Positions 51,894 to 64,000 of a stretch of DNA of 64,000 nucleotides are shown here, piece after piece. Under the pieces are notes generated by a model. The model worked only from the letters and a program-made list of their open reading frames with translations, did no database searches and was not told the origin of the DNA. Origin of the DNA: Rotaria socialis (taxonomy: Eukaryota); assembly GCA_905331295.1 (NCBI GenBank), contig CAJNYD010000048.1, positions 124,001 to 188,000 of the forward strand. Reading direction: 5' to 3'. Made by a program: the position numbers and the translations under genes. Numbering within the stretch: the first letter of the stretch is position 1; each line of letters opens with the position of its first letter.

Positions 51894-54137
51894 TTATTTG
51901 TCTTTGTGTATTTCTCCATATTTTGAACCGCGTTCAGTCACTGTAACTGCTATCATTGCTCGAACACCAATCGTTGCTAAAAAACGCAAACAAAATGAAG
52001 GCTCTATTATGTCTCTCAAGATATTCATCAATTACCAACGCCAATCAAAATAACGAACATCAACCGCACTAATAATGAACTTGTCCAAAGAAATTTAAAT
52101 AAATAAATTAATGAAGGAACACCAATAATTAATATCCAAGCCAGTTCATTTAATAAATCATAGTAATTACGTGGAACTTCAATACGTGGTAAACCATTGC
52201 CTTCAAATGTACCATGATTAACAAAGTAATCATATATTTTATCTTTTTCTTGATACAATTCATGAACCCAATTATTGCATCCTTCTGTATCTTGTGGAAT
52301 TTTCGAAACAGGAATACGCCTGAACAGAAAAGTTAGATAAATATTTTTCAAGAAAAACAACAACTCACTTGACAAATATTTCTGCTTGACATGAACGTCC
52401 TTTTAATATACTAAGAAGTGTTGGTTCAGCTCCAGTATTTTTAAAACCAATCGTTAAATCATACACAGCTGCGACTAGATTTGAAGAAAAAAAAAGAGAA
52501 GAGATTACTTCTTGTTTGATACAATTTTAATTTTATTTAACAAATTTTAATAGTCGAACACCAGAGCATATATGAGTAGAGCTATGATTAGTGCAAGATA
52601 TTTCAATCAAGTACGTGTTACTTGTTTAATTATTACCGTATATTTACATTCTAGTTACATGCGTTATTCAATCATGTTATATAAATAATTACATATAAGC
52701 ATGAGAAAATGTGTTTAATTAATCTAGTTCGCATGTGGTACGAATAGCAGAAAAACTATCAATAGGATTGGTGGTCAGTAAAACTTCAGCTGTGCCAACA
52801 AATATTGCAGCGATAATTTCATCCATAAGCACCTGACTATTCTCTGACCGGCAGTGTAAACAGCTAGTAGTATATCGTCGATAGTGAAATCAAATGTTAC
52901 CAAAGATCATTCGACGTACCATCGATAACATGAATCGAAATTTCCATAACTAGTAACTCACTATTCGGCTGCTTGAAGAGAAGGTTTTTTTTTTCTTATG
53001 GAGAACTTACTTCGATTTTCTGCTCCTTGTAACAATAAAGTAAAACCTTTTGTACGTGGAAGAATATGATGTTTAAGTTCTGGTAAGCCTTTTTCTTTTG
53101 CAATTTTCATACTCATTAATCTTTTCTTTTCGGTAAATCGGGTACCTTCACAGAAAAGTAAAAACTAAACAGGAAAAGAAAAATATAGAGATATTTTAAC
53201 TTAGACAAAAAGAAAATAAACTTCTTTACATTGAAGTAATAATCTTTTGGATAATTAGCAAGAACTTTGCTTAAGTCGTGAACCAATGTTTCACGATCGC
53301 TTTCCCATACACGACGCAAAAATATTGATTCAGTAAATATCCAACACCAACCAACTATAGGAACTAATTTAAGAGATTGTTTACCAACGATTTTCGATCC
53401 CTAATCAACATAAAATAGAATATGAATAGAAGAGTTTACGTCGAATGTTACCTGTATAATTCCTAAACGTTGACAAATAATCCAACCTGCAAGCCAATCA
53501 ATATCATATTTATGGTTCATTCTAAATTTTTAATCAAATATTTTGCTTGTGGATGATTTTGCACGGATGAACTTACATAACGATTGCATGTTCATGACGA
53601 ACTTTTTCCAAATCTTCAGGATTTATATACAAAACACAATTACTTTGAGACCACCATTGAGCGTAGAAAGTAAACTCTATAGAAGAAAAATTATAAACAA
53701 CAAAAGAAATTCTTCAAAATATAAAATAATTTTCGACAATCATAGTGTAACTGAGCGGGCTAATTCGTTGTAGTAGGATACTGCAGATTCGAACAAGTAT
53801 TTATTGAATCATAAAATTATCCTAGAGATGAAAAATTGAAAGTTGACCTTGACGGGTGTACTTATGCGGCTAAGTTCGAGTCAATTTTATTTTTTTCTGA
53901 ATAAATGAGTATTTAATTGTAAACAAAAAGCTCTTGCAATAGAAAACTCCAATACTTACGACTCCATATACCCAATGCTAGAAAGCAATTAATTTTTCTA
54001 TACAGTTCTTTGCTAAATGGCCATATAACACATGAACATAATTGTAAAAAGTTAATAATCAATCCACTGATCAAGAAAACATAAGCATGAAAACAGATGG
54101 TGATAAACATCGATTTGAATTCATCATAAATGCGCAT
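51894..54137 (-). CDS. 1-acyl-sn-glycerol-3-phosphate acyltransferase gamma/delta (AGPAT3/4-like); multi-exon
   Basis: SGLIINFLQL...LYRKINC, MNHKYDIDWL (HX4D motif), LKLVPIVGWCWIFTESIFLRRVWESD, FCEGTRFT, LPELKHHILPRTKGF, AAVYDLTIGF, WVHELYQEKD, GSKYG. Stop at 51894-51896. Confidence 0.93.
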
Positions 54138-54438
54138 TATCTAAAACTTGAAAGAAAAACGATGTTTGCTTTTTCCATTCGTATTGAATTAAAAACAATA
54201 TTCGATCAAGAGAAATGTTCTTAATTCATCGGTAGATTCCCTTTTCATCTACTTCTAAAAATGTTAATCTAAATCATCGTCCATCTAAAACCTAAAAGTA
54301 TTATGTCTAAAGATCTCACTAAATAATGATCTTTCAAGTTTATCTAAAACAAATCACAAACTAGAAACATCACAACATGCTTGCTTAATAACGAAAAACA
54401 AAAACAATAGAAAAAAAAGCACCATATCTTTTTGCGTG

Positions 54439-57400
54439 TTATTTCATCTTATTCATATACTTTCTTGTATATTCAGATATGCAGAGGGCACCACTAACAT
54501 GGACATTCAATGAACGAATAACACCGGCTTGTGGAATTTCAACGGTTGCATCTACTAAAGACAAAAGATCAGCTCGAATACCTTCGCGTTCATTTCTACA
54601 AAGAGTAAAAAGTAAATAAAATCAATAAAATTCAAGAGTATTCTTTTATACCCAAGTAAAAGTAAAGTTTTCTCTGGAAATTCAAATTCATATAAATTTT
54701 GACTATTTATTGTTTGTTCAAGCGCAATGATCGTATATCCTTGAGCTTGCATATCAATTAAATAATCTTTTAATTCTCTTTCTTGTACCTCAATTACAAA
54801 ATATAAAACAGAAATAAGCAAAAAATGAAGAACAAACAATATTCCTACTTGTTTTATACGTAACCATTTATGAGAAGTCATACTTAAATTGAGAAATTGT
54901 TGATCTTCCAATATACGAATACTTCCAATTATTAATTCTTTTATACCAAAAACTTCACCGGTTCGACTTAAACCTTTGTTAATAAAAATTTTAAATTCAT
55001 CTGTGAGAAATTTAATTGATTATAGATAATTTCATGGGTTCATTATTTAAATATGAGACACAAGAGATAACTAGATGGTATTCAAGTTTCACTCGAATAC
55101 GAAATGCGATGCGAAGCTCGAATCGGATCGTCACGAAAAATCTACGATGCAGAGAAATCTTGAATACTTTTTATGTCAACATGATGAAATTCATCACTGA
55201 GAAAACTCTATTCTTACTTAGCGATACATTCTTAAGGATCGATTTCGTTTGATCGATTAATTATCTCCATGATTCATTATCTTAGATCAGCTGCAAATGA
55301 ATAGACTATAGTGGCTAACATATGTTCATGGCGTCACTTTAATTATCTCTTCATAAATTTCTTTCATTTTCGTCATTTTGGAACCACATTTGTGAGTGAA
55401 CAGAACTTCAGATTGAAGATTAGAAACAAATGTTCTAAGTTCGATCTTGATACTTCGATCTCACGTTTTAACCGCTTTTCTATGATTTTTGGTTCTCGAG
55501 ATCATCGAGTCACAAAATGACAACTCGTGATGCGTACGTCGATAAAGTAAAAGACAACACAAGTACACTCGCGACGGACGACAGAAATGCTTCATGCTTC
55601 GCATCGCATTAAAAATCCTCGTAGGACTACATGAATGCTTCTGCTTCGCATCGCATTAAAAAAAAACTCGCGACGGACTACATGAATGCTTCTGCTTCGC
55701 ATCGCATTAAAAAAAAAACTCGCGACGGACTACATGAATGCTTCTGCTTCGCATCGCATTAATAATGCAAATTAACAGGTTTTTGGATCAAATTCTGATA
55801 AGACTTTTTAATGCGATGTGAATTTAATTTTTGTAATCTTTTTCTTTCAAATGAATCTAATTAGTACTTCGAGTTTTATGCATTGAGACAACGAAGGAAT
55901 AAAAGCACTAAACCAAAACTGTAGAGTTTACCTCGCTGTTTTGTGATTATTGATGAGATAAATGAATTAAAAAGGCATAATATTTGTCTATTCAAATTTT
56001 TAATAGATACTCTGTTTTTATATATCGTTCAGTTGGTTAAACCCTCCTACAGAATAGAAGCCCATGGGTGATGTCTCTGTTCCGCAAGCTATAATTTTGC
56101 AGCAAAGCATGCCCTGATGCCAGTTTTTGCGTTATTTGATAGAGAAATGTTTATCCTTTCATTTTTCATGAAGTAAACCTTGGTTTTCAATGGAGAAATC
56201 TAACCCAGGGGGAGGGCTTCTATTCTGTGTAGGGGTTTAATCAAAATCGTTCTTGATTCATGTCATATAAATAAAACTTAAGAACAAGTCCTTGGAAAGT
56301 TTATAGTATCTTCTATAGAAATAATTCTCTATGGTTATGTCATCATGGTATCGTGATTTAAAAAAAAGATTTATAAATAATCACTGAATACACTTACCTC
56401 CTAAATTTGTTTGTTTATCAATAAGAGACGCAACAACAATCAATTCAGTTCGTTTAATGCTTCCTCTTAATTCAGTATCATCAAGCGCTTCGATAACTGG
56501 ATAAGGATTGGCTTTATATTGAATCGTCGAAGATCCTTCTTCATCTTGTGTTCCTCCAATTTCACTTTTTCCAGAAGCTAAATAGTTGTCAAAATAACAA
56601 ATATTGTATCTTATTGCTTCGTTTATCGTGCGTAAGTTTTAACACAACATTTTTTCTCCTAGAAAAAAAACAACTGACTGCAGCTACAGTAACATAAGTA
56701 TTACTCTGTTTTCAAGCATAGTAGTTTTCGCATAGTCTTAACTCAAAATTTTTGTCGAAAAAACGAATAAATCTATGGTGTGAAGGCTTTTGTAAAATAA
56801 ATTTTCTTTGCAAATTCTATTTACCAGTTAATCTCCATATTCCCATTGGACACGACTGTAAAATTGTGGAAACATTATGAACTGATATTGGAAATGTCAA
56901 ATGTAATTGTTGACCTATTTCGATAAACCATTTCGACCATAAATATTCATCATCGGCTATTAAAGATAGTTTTGGTAATATATAAAAAATTGTTTCAAGT
57001 GAAAAATCTCGTATTGGGTCGAATTGATAAATAAATAAACTTTGAAGTTTCGTTGTATATCGAGCAAGTCTATAGATAAAATAATTTAGAAAAGAAAAAC
57101 CCAAGAAGATAAGATAGTACTCAGATTTTTCATCGTTTAGTTTAAAAAATTGATAAGCATCATAGGATGTTTCATTTTGTAGGTTATGCCGTTCAATATA
57201 TTCCAGTAATTTAATCATTGTTGAACAAGCAAAAGTTCGAATATGAAAATTCGAATGTATCAATAATGGACTTAGATATTTGAAGACTTTATTTAAATAG
57301 TCAATCTAATTAAAAGTAGATTTTATTAAAATAAAAATCAACAATGAAAACTTTTATTTTTAACCTGTTCAGCTTGATCGGATAGAAGACTTGGAATATG

Positions 57401-60400
57401 TGATGCTATGGATATCCAAGCACAAACAGTTCCGGTTTTATGTTGATGAGCATGTTGTAAATATTGATATAAATCATTTAGACCTGCTGTTCGATCTTCT
57501 GATATTAACCGAATAATAATCCATTCGGAGAGTAAACGAAGTGATGGTTCATTTTCTCGTGTTAATGCATCAACTATATAATCGTAGATTGTTTTTAAAA
57601 GACTCTAAAACCAACAAGTAACAAAAAAAAACATGTTGATTTTTTTTGTCTAAATTTCTTTCTACCGAGTTTTTGATAGCAGATGTCAAACAAAGAATAC
57701 ATTGAAGAGAACGAAGCATAATACGATGTTCAAGAGAATTCGTACAGAAACGTGGTCGTCGTTCTTTTGATGCGACCTGACGATGTTTCTCAATGACTTG
57801 CGAAAGAATATCATTTTGTTGAGCATTATGTAACGATGGCCAAATATGAAGAATAAATAATTGTATTAATACACGAATATTCCGATCATAACGATATTCA
57901 CTAGAAGAGTCAATTCAGATATAATGGATGATCCCGATTCGATTAACTTACGGTATAATATTAGTATTAGTAATGAGTAAACGAGTCGATTCATCTTGTT
58001 CAACCAGTTGCTCTGCTTGCCATTGTTGTCTAGAACAAAAAGGAAAGTGTTTTTTTCTCAATTACATTTATTTTTATCGCTATTGTACTTTTTATCTTTT
58101 TGATAAATTTGTCCAAAAATGACACATTCAATTAAAACTGGTAAATGAGATGATTGAATGCGATGCTCATGTAGCCATATCGGAACTATTGATTCGAGTA
58201 TGACATTCATTATTCCTGACACATGGCCACATGTTTTAAGCATCTGCGTAAACCACTATTTAAGAAATAGATGATAATTTTAAATCAAATCTGTCATGAA
58301 TCCATCATCTGTCAGTTACACACTTGTGTCAATAGGGTGGAAACGTTTATGTCTGTAACAGACGATGAAATTGCTTGAGAAAACGCTGTTAAACAAGGCC
58401 AATAGACTGGCATTCGATGGTCCAGTTCGTTGAGTGCAGTCATGGCATTTTCTATTAATTTACATTTAGTTTCATTTGTGATCTAAAAAAATAAAATTCG
58501 ATATTTAGTGTAAATGATAAAAAAAGAATATTGTTTGTTTTTATTTACTTGTGCTTGCTGAAGTAAAACACCAATAGCACGGAAAAGTTGAGGTAGTTCC
58601 TTTGCCGATGCTTTGAATAGATCATCAATGATATTATTACATAAATCTGTTGATGATATATTATTAGCGATTAATAGATGCTTAGCAACTAGCATATCGG
58701 CTTGTGGAATGCTTTTTTTTAGAAATAAATATGTGATAAAAACCATAGATTTCAAATTTATACCTGACATTTGGTTGATCGAGTAATGGTAGAAGTTTAG
58801 AGAGCGATGGAAGAATTCGAAGTTTTGTATTCCATTCATTGTTAAAATCTGCTAATCGATGTGTTAACAACCAATTCGTCGAATGAGCAAATAAAATCAA
58901 TAGAGATTGCCAATTATTTCCTGGCTAAAAAGAATTCGAAAATGTAAGTCTAAAGTTTAGATTAGATTCACTTATGAATAGATAAGTGTGCAGGTCTCGA
59001 TCAAGTGAATTTAATCAAACTGTAATATGAACTCTGATAGTTACTAAAGAATCGAATCAGTAATGCTGTGCTAGCTAACATCAATTCGTTTAGGAAACTG
59101 CGAAAATAATTCTATGAGATGTGCCAGCGGGTAGAACTTTTATTATGCGAAGACACCTATTTGACTTGACTCTTCTATAAATTTTGTTGTAATTTTAACC
59201 GGATTTGGAAGATAGAATATCCTTTCGTTTGAACTCTTTTGTACGTTCTTGTCATCTAAATAAAAATTTTTGCCGTTCCATTCCTGGATTGTGCATGATG
59301 TCATAGAGAAGAATAGTATTGAAGCATGCTTTTCTCGGATTCGCTAGTTAGTGAACAGCTGTTTCTCGTTAATTCTCATTAGCCAACATTTTTTTGCTCT
59401 TGGGAAACTCATTTGCGCGTTACTAGAAAATGTGAGAAAACAAAATGAAAGCAGATACACAAAAGAAGCTACGAAAAACGATGAACTTTATATTGGCATT
59501 CAGATCGAATGGATCTCTATTCTTGTGAGAGAAGAAATTCTGACATTTAAGCAATTTCTTCCGAATGATTATTTGATTTGTTTTATTCTACGGCTGACTG
59601 TTCAAATAGAAATCGGATGCTTTACAATTCTAGTCGGATCAAAGTATACATTTCCATCCGATAAAATAAGTTTATTTATTTACCTGTTGTTGTGCGCATG
59701 TTTCAATTTGAGTTATTAATTCTTGTAAAAATCGGCTTATATCATCGTGGCTGCCAATCATTAAAAATACGGTTGGTAATTTTACAAAAGCCATTGGTTG
59801 TTTAATCTATATGTTACAAATAAAGAAATAGCTCGATAATTTGAAATAAAATATTTTTCTCTCGCTTACACAATGTATTTTAATGAAATTTAAACCTTCT
59901 CGTACAATTAATCGAATACTTGATGAAAGCCAATCTTTAATGAAATTCGACGAATGAAAATAATGTTCTTGTATTGAACCCGAAAAAAGTTCAATAGATC
60001 TTCGAACATTATTTATTGACATATAAGGACGTTGATAAGCTGTTCGAATGTTTTCAATGAGCGGATTAAATATTGTTTTTAATATGTCTGTATTATGAAT
60101 ATCAATAAGGTCAAGTAGAAATGCTATTTGACGATATTCCATTAATGTATTATCCAGCGAAAATAATCGAGTATCTAATGAGCTATTGAAATCTTCGGAT
60201 ACAAGAAATTCTTCGATTAATGTTTGTAATTGTCGAATATTGAATGCGAAATAAGTTGATATAGTTTGAAAATGTTTCGATAAAAATGTTGATCGATCAA
60301 AGAATGCAAAAAATCGCAGGAGATTTGATGATACTGATGAAATCGACCAATCAAGAAGGTTAATAGCAATATCAAATATGGATGCATATGCCGATAGACG

Positions 60401-62962
60401 AAGAACTGGTGCATATGTATGAAATTGTGTTAGTATGATTGATGAGAATATTTTTATGTGATCATCATTTAATAGAGATTGATTTTGATGAGTCAAAGCG
60501 AATGTTCTCAAGGAATATAAGACACGTACGAGCGATAGTTGTGACCATTTAATTGTTTGTATGCGTGATAGCAATGTTAATAAGCATGCGTCTAAGAATA
60601 TAAAAATAGAAATTACATAGAATTTCAACGATATTCTTACTTGGATTTTCACTATTATTAAGCCATCGTTCAAGATAAGATTCTAAACATTGTTCCATAG
60701 GTTGTGAATCACTTATCTCTTCGCCTCTAATAGCCGAGAAGATTTTATAAGTTAGATAGCAGAATAAATAATATCTTACTTAAGAAAAACAAAATTATTT
60801 GATGACCAATCAACAACATATTCAAGAAAGAACTAAATAAAATAAATAATCGTGGTCTTTCGTGTATTATTACTATAGTAGAAAACGTCTATAGAACATG
60901 CACCGGATGATTAATTTTTTGCCAGAACAAGGTTAACTAAAGAGTAGTCGAATATATAGAAAAAGTGTTACGTTCTTAGCATAAAACAATTATTGAAAAG
61001 AAATGATAGAATAGCACGCGACTCAAGGTGTGTGCGCTATGGCTGCCAAAAAGCTCTATCAGCTTGAAAAGTCCTTGACGTTTCTATTGTTTCTCTCAAT
61101 GCTATAGGGTTTCCAAATTCACCTGTCCAAACATTGAGTTTCTGAGAAACACCACATAACAAAGCTAAAACAATATCTTTTAGATGATCGGATAATACCT
61201 CGCGAGTGTATGAGACATTAATATAAGCGAAGATCATTCGTAAAATTATCCTCAGGATATTTTAAGACAATTTGTTTTCCGCTATCATCTATCGTTTTTC
61301 CTCGAATTATTCCTGCTTGGAGGAGAAATACTCAATCCATCAGCTAAGCTATGGTCGTATCGATGCCAAATGACGAGGTTTACTATTGCAGAAACAAAGG
61401 TTTCTATTAACATGAAAGAACTTTGAGCTTCATGATCACGACGAGCACGTTTGTAACTAATCAAAAATATTCTTCATACGTTTTCTCTAGGAAAAATGAA
61501 TGAGAATCGAAGTATTTTAACATGTTGAATCTCTTCGACTATCGTGCTCAGTTAATTTCCTTGAGTAAAAACATTCTCAACGTTCAAAGAAACGCAAACA
61601 CAATCATCCATACCACGATGAAAGTGTTTCATCAGACAATGAACTAAATGAAAAAGCTATTCCCTCAACAGAACTATTAATGAGAGTAGGTTCTTTTCTT
61701 TATGAGATCTCCTGACAAATGTCGATGATTATCACTTTTGCTTTTTATAGTTAAGATAAATACTTCCACAATGCGTGATACTTAACTAAAGGAGATTAGA
61801 ATTTTTATTCCTTCTAATTACACGTCCGTGATGTTTAACAATTCAATTACAAAGAAAATCATTTTTTTGCCCACTCACGTCTTCTACATGACTATCAGGC
61901 AATTTCATTGCATTAAAAAACCATCGAATAGTCCAGCGTGCAAGTGGAGAACTTGAATTAGCAAATAAACGTTGTAGTAAAATAAATAACCATGTTAAAG
62001 ATAACTCTAAATCAAAGAGTAAAATCAATATTTCGCTTTTGCACAGACGAAAACAAAAAAATCTTACCGTGCTCATGCGAAAAACTTAGAAGTCGATCGA
62101 ATTTTGTTAACAGTGGCTTAATTAAATGAACAACGCCATCTTCAAGCATTTCATAAAGAACAATGAAATCAGCCCAAAATTGTTTTGTTGTCTCATCGAT
62201 TAAAATTAGAGATCGGTTGAATTTTTCCTCTTTGATTTCAATATGTTTATATTCATCGTTGATTAATATTTGTTGAAATAAATATAAAGCACATTTTCGT
62301 GTACGATCAGTATTCAATGTACAATCACCTAATGAACGTTGTAATAAATACCAAAATGATGGCATTGTAATAAAGAGTTTTATGGATCGTAAATCGATTA
62401 GTAACAGAAGAAATAATTCATCATTATTTTTAATTATTGGCAATGTACGAACAAGAATGTCTTCTAGTTTAGTTTGATGATGTTTAGAAAAAAATCGCCA
62501 AACATAAGTAAGAAATTTTGGGTCATGTTGACTGTACATTGCTGTTTCTAATTGTGTCCAATCGTAATTTAACGATAATGAAATAGAATGTTCAGTACTG
62601 TTGAGTAATTTGCATAGAAGTTCACGAAATTCTAATGTTTGTTCATGGTCAAGAATAATTAGAAGAATATTTTTTATACGATGAAGACGATCTTCTATTT
62701 TCATGAAATTTAAACATGCAGATAATAAACGATAGTGATGCATTGATGGTGAATTTTGTAATAAATAATCAAAAAGTTGACTTGAAATTGAAATTGAATC
62801 AATGTGTATATTTATTGGTAGAGCGTCTAAAACTTGACTCAGTTCTTCGATTTCTTTTTCTTGTCTACTTGGTTCATTCTGATAGGTAAGAATATTTGAC
62901 ATGGATGTTGTAATATGATTTGATAAATCATTGAGATTTAAAAATGATGCCAAAAGTTCCAT
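54439..62962 (-). CDS. TARBP1: TARBP1/Trm3 tRNA (Gm18) 2'-O-methyltransferase; long alpha-helical N-terminus plus C-terminal SpoU domain; multi-exon with large introns
   Basis: N-terminal RTRKCALYL...[22 protein letters not shown]. SpoU motifs [88 protein letters not shown]. Stop at 54439-54441. Confidence 0.9.
55568..55762. repeat. ~50-bp minisatellite, 4 copies, in a TARBP1 intron
   Basis: Unit CTCGCGACGGACTACATGAATGCTTCTGCTTCGCATCGCATT(A)n starting at 55568, 55618, 55667 and 55719. Confidence 0.92.
56041..56236. mobile_element. 196-bp MITE with 23-bp imperfect TIRs flanked by TTAA, in a TARBP1 intron
   Basis: TTAA|ACCCTCCTACAGAATAGAAGCCC...GGGCTTCTATTCTGTGTAGGGGT|TTAA; the inner 15 bp of the TIRs are perfect. 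Confidence 0.72.
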
Positions 62963-64000
62963 TTTATCTAAAGAAAAATTAAAAGTTTTACTTTTCATAA
63001 ATTTGAATTAAGATTTCTAATAGAAATCTGATGAAAAAGATTCATCAAGTCATGGAATTCGTGTTTTCTCAAGCAAACATCTATCACTGTATGCATAACC
63101 CCTATAATCTCGTCTATTAAAATCGATTTCTACGCACTTTCTCTTATAGGCAATTCGCATGTTAAGCTACAGTGCAACGAAGCAATTCTTTCCATTGAAT
63201 ATATTGCGAAGCGACAATGGGAGAAAGTTTCAGATGGCTGTTTCTAATAGAATGTAATCACTGGTTCATTGCATCATAGCAAAGTGTTTGAAAAAAATAT
63301 TCATGTTAACTCAGTGCCTAATGATGGATAATGGAGTAATTCGAAATTGAGTAGGATTAAAAATGTCTTTGAAAAAGAATCGGTTAGATAACTATGACAT
63401 AGAGCTAACTCAGATACAACTACGTCTGAAATATTTTACATCAGCGCGATTGACCGTTTACAATCAGGCATTTATTTGTGGGAAAGTGATTGATCACCAG
63501 GAATGGCATTTCTCGCGAGACAAATTATCTAAGCACAATATGAATCGATATATACGTTAAACATAAATGTATTTATATTGATATCTTGGGAAATAATTTA
63601 TCAATGTTCAGCTGACCTAGTTTAATTGATGGTTGTCTGAATTCATTTACTTTTCTGTAGGAATATAGAATTTGATTCAATTAAAATATTGAATTTGATG
63701 CGTTCGAGAAAAGTGCTTATGAAGAAACTGTTTTTTTTCTAGAAAAAGATTAGACTTTTAAAATCAAAAGTACCTTTGGTACTGAGCACTTACGCAAAGT
63801 ACTTGATAATGAAAATACACTGACGTACAAATTAGATCAATGCTGGTTTTTTTCTCAAGAAATTTCTTATCCAATCGATGGAACTAACAATATAGATGAC
63901 GCCTGTTTCTTTATACATATATGGACACAGTCCGACGGACTTATAATTTTAGAACACACACTAAAATAGTCTTAGTCAATATTTTACGTTTATGCATCTT

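Noticed and set aside
55568..55762. CRISPR-like repeat array
   Set aside because: Units are contiguous near-identical repeats with no unique spacers, there are no cas genes, and the context is a eukaryotic intron.
59351..59719. 122-aa plus-strand ORF nested in TARBP1
   Set aside because: Non-ATG start, antisense and mostly intronic, with no recognisable motif.

Overview
AT-rich eukaryotic (animal) genomic DNA with compact genes and many ~50-70 bp GT-AG introns. The intron style and an intron-containing bacterial-type enzyme gene suggest a bdelloid rotifer (inference). No prokaryotic operons, CRISPR arrays or rRNA are present. Genes, left to right: WDR47 (+), a small orphan membrane ORF (-), theta-class GST (+), NKX6 homeobox (+), TMEM216/TMEM17-family (-), nicastrin (+), a motor-less myosin-I TH1-domain protein (+), a P2C ATPase alpha subunit (+), spastin (+), a Bacteroidetes-like GH13 glycoside hydrolase with four introns (+), FAM8A1-like RDD protein (+), an orphan S/T/P-rich protein (-), AGPAT3/4 (-) and TARBP1/Trm3 (-). 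Mobile DNA includes a tRNA-headed SINE with a 14-bp TSD, a 1.77-kb whole-length foldback element with GAG..CTC ends and a TCTC TSD (Sola2-like), a TTAA-flanked MITE and a 50-bp minisatellite. Most notable: the P2C pump has an H+/K+-ATPase-like TM5 lysine and has lost the third-Na+-site residues; the GH13 gene looks horizontally acquired and domesticated; the TH1 protein has no motor; and the foldback and SINE elements. All exon boundaries and family calls were made by eye, with no database searches.
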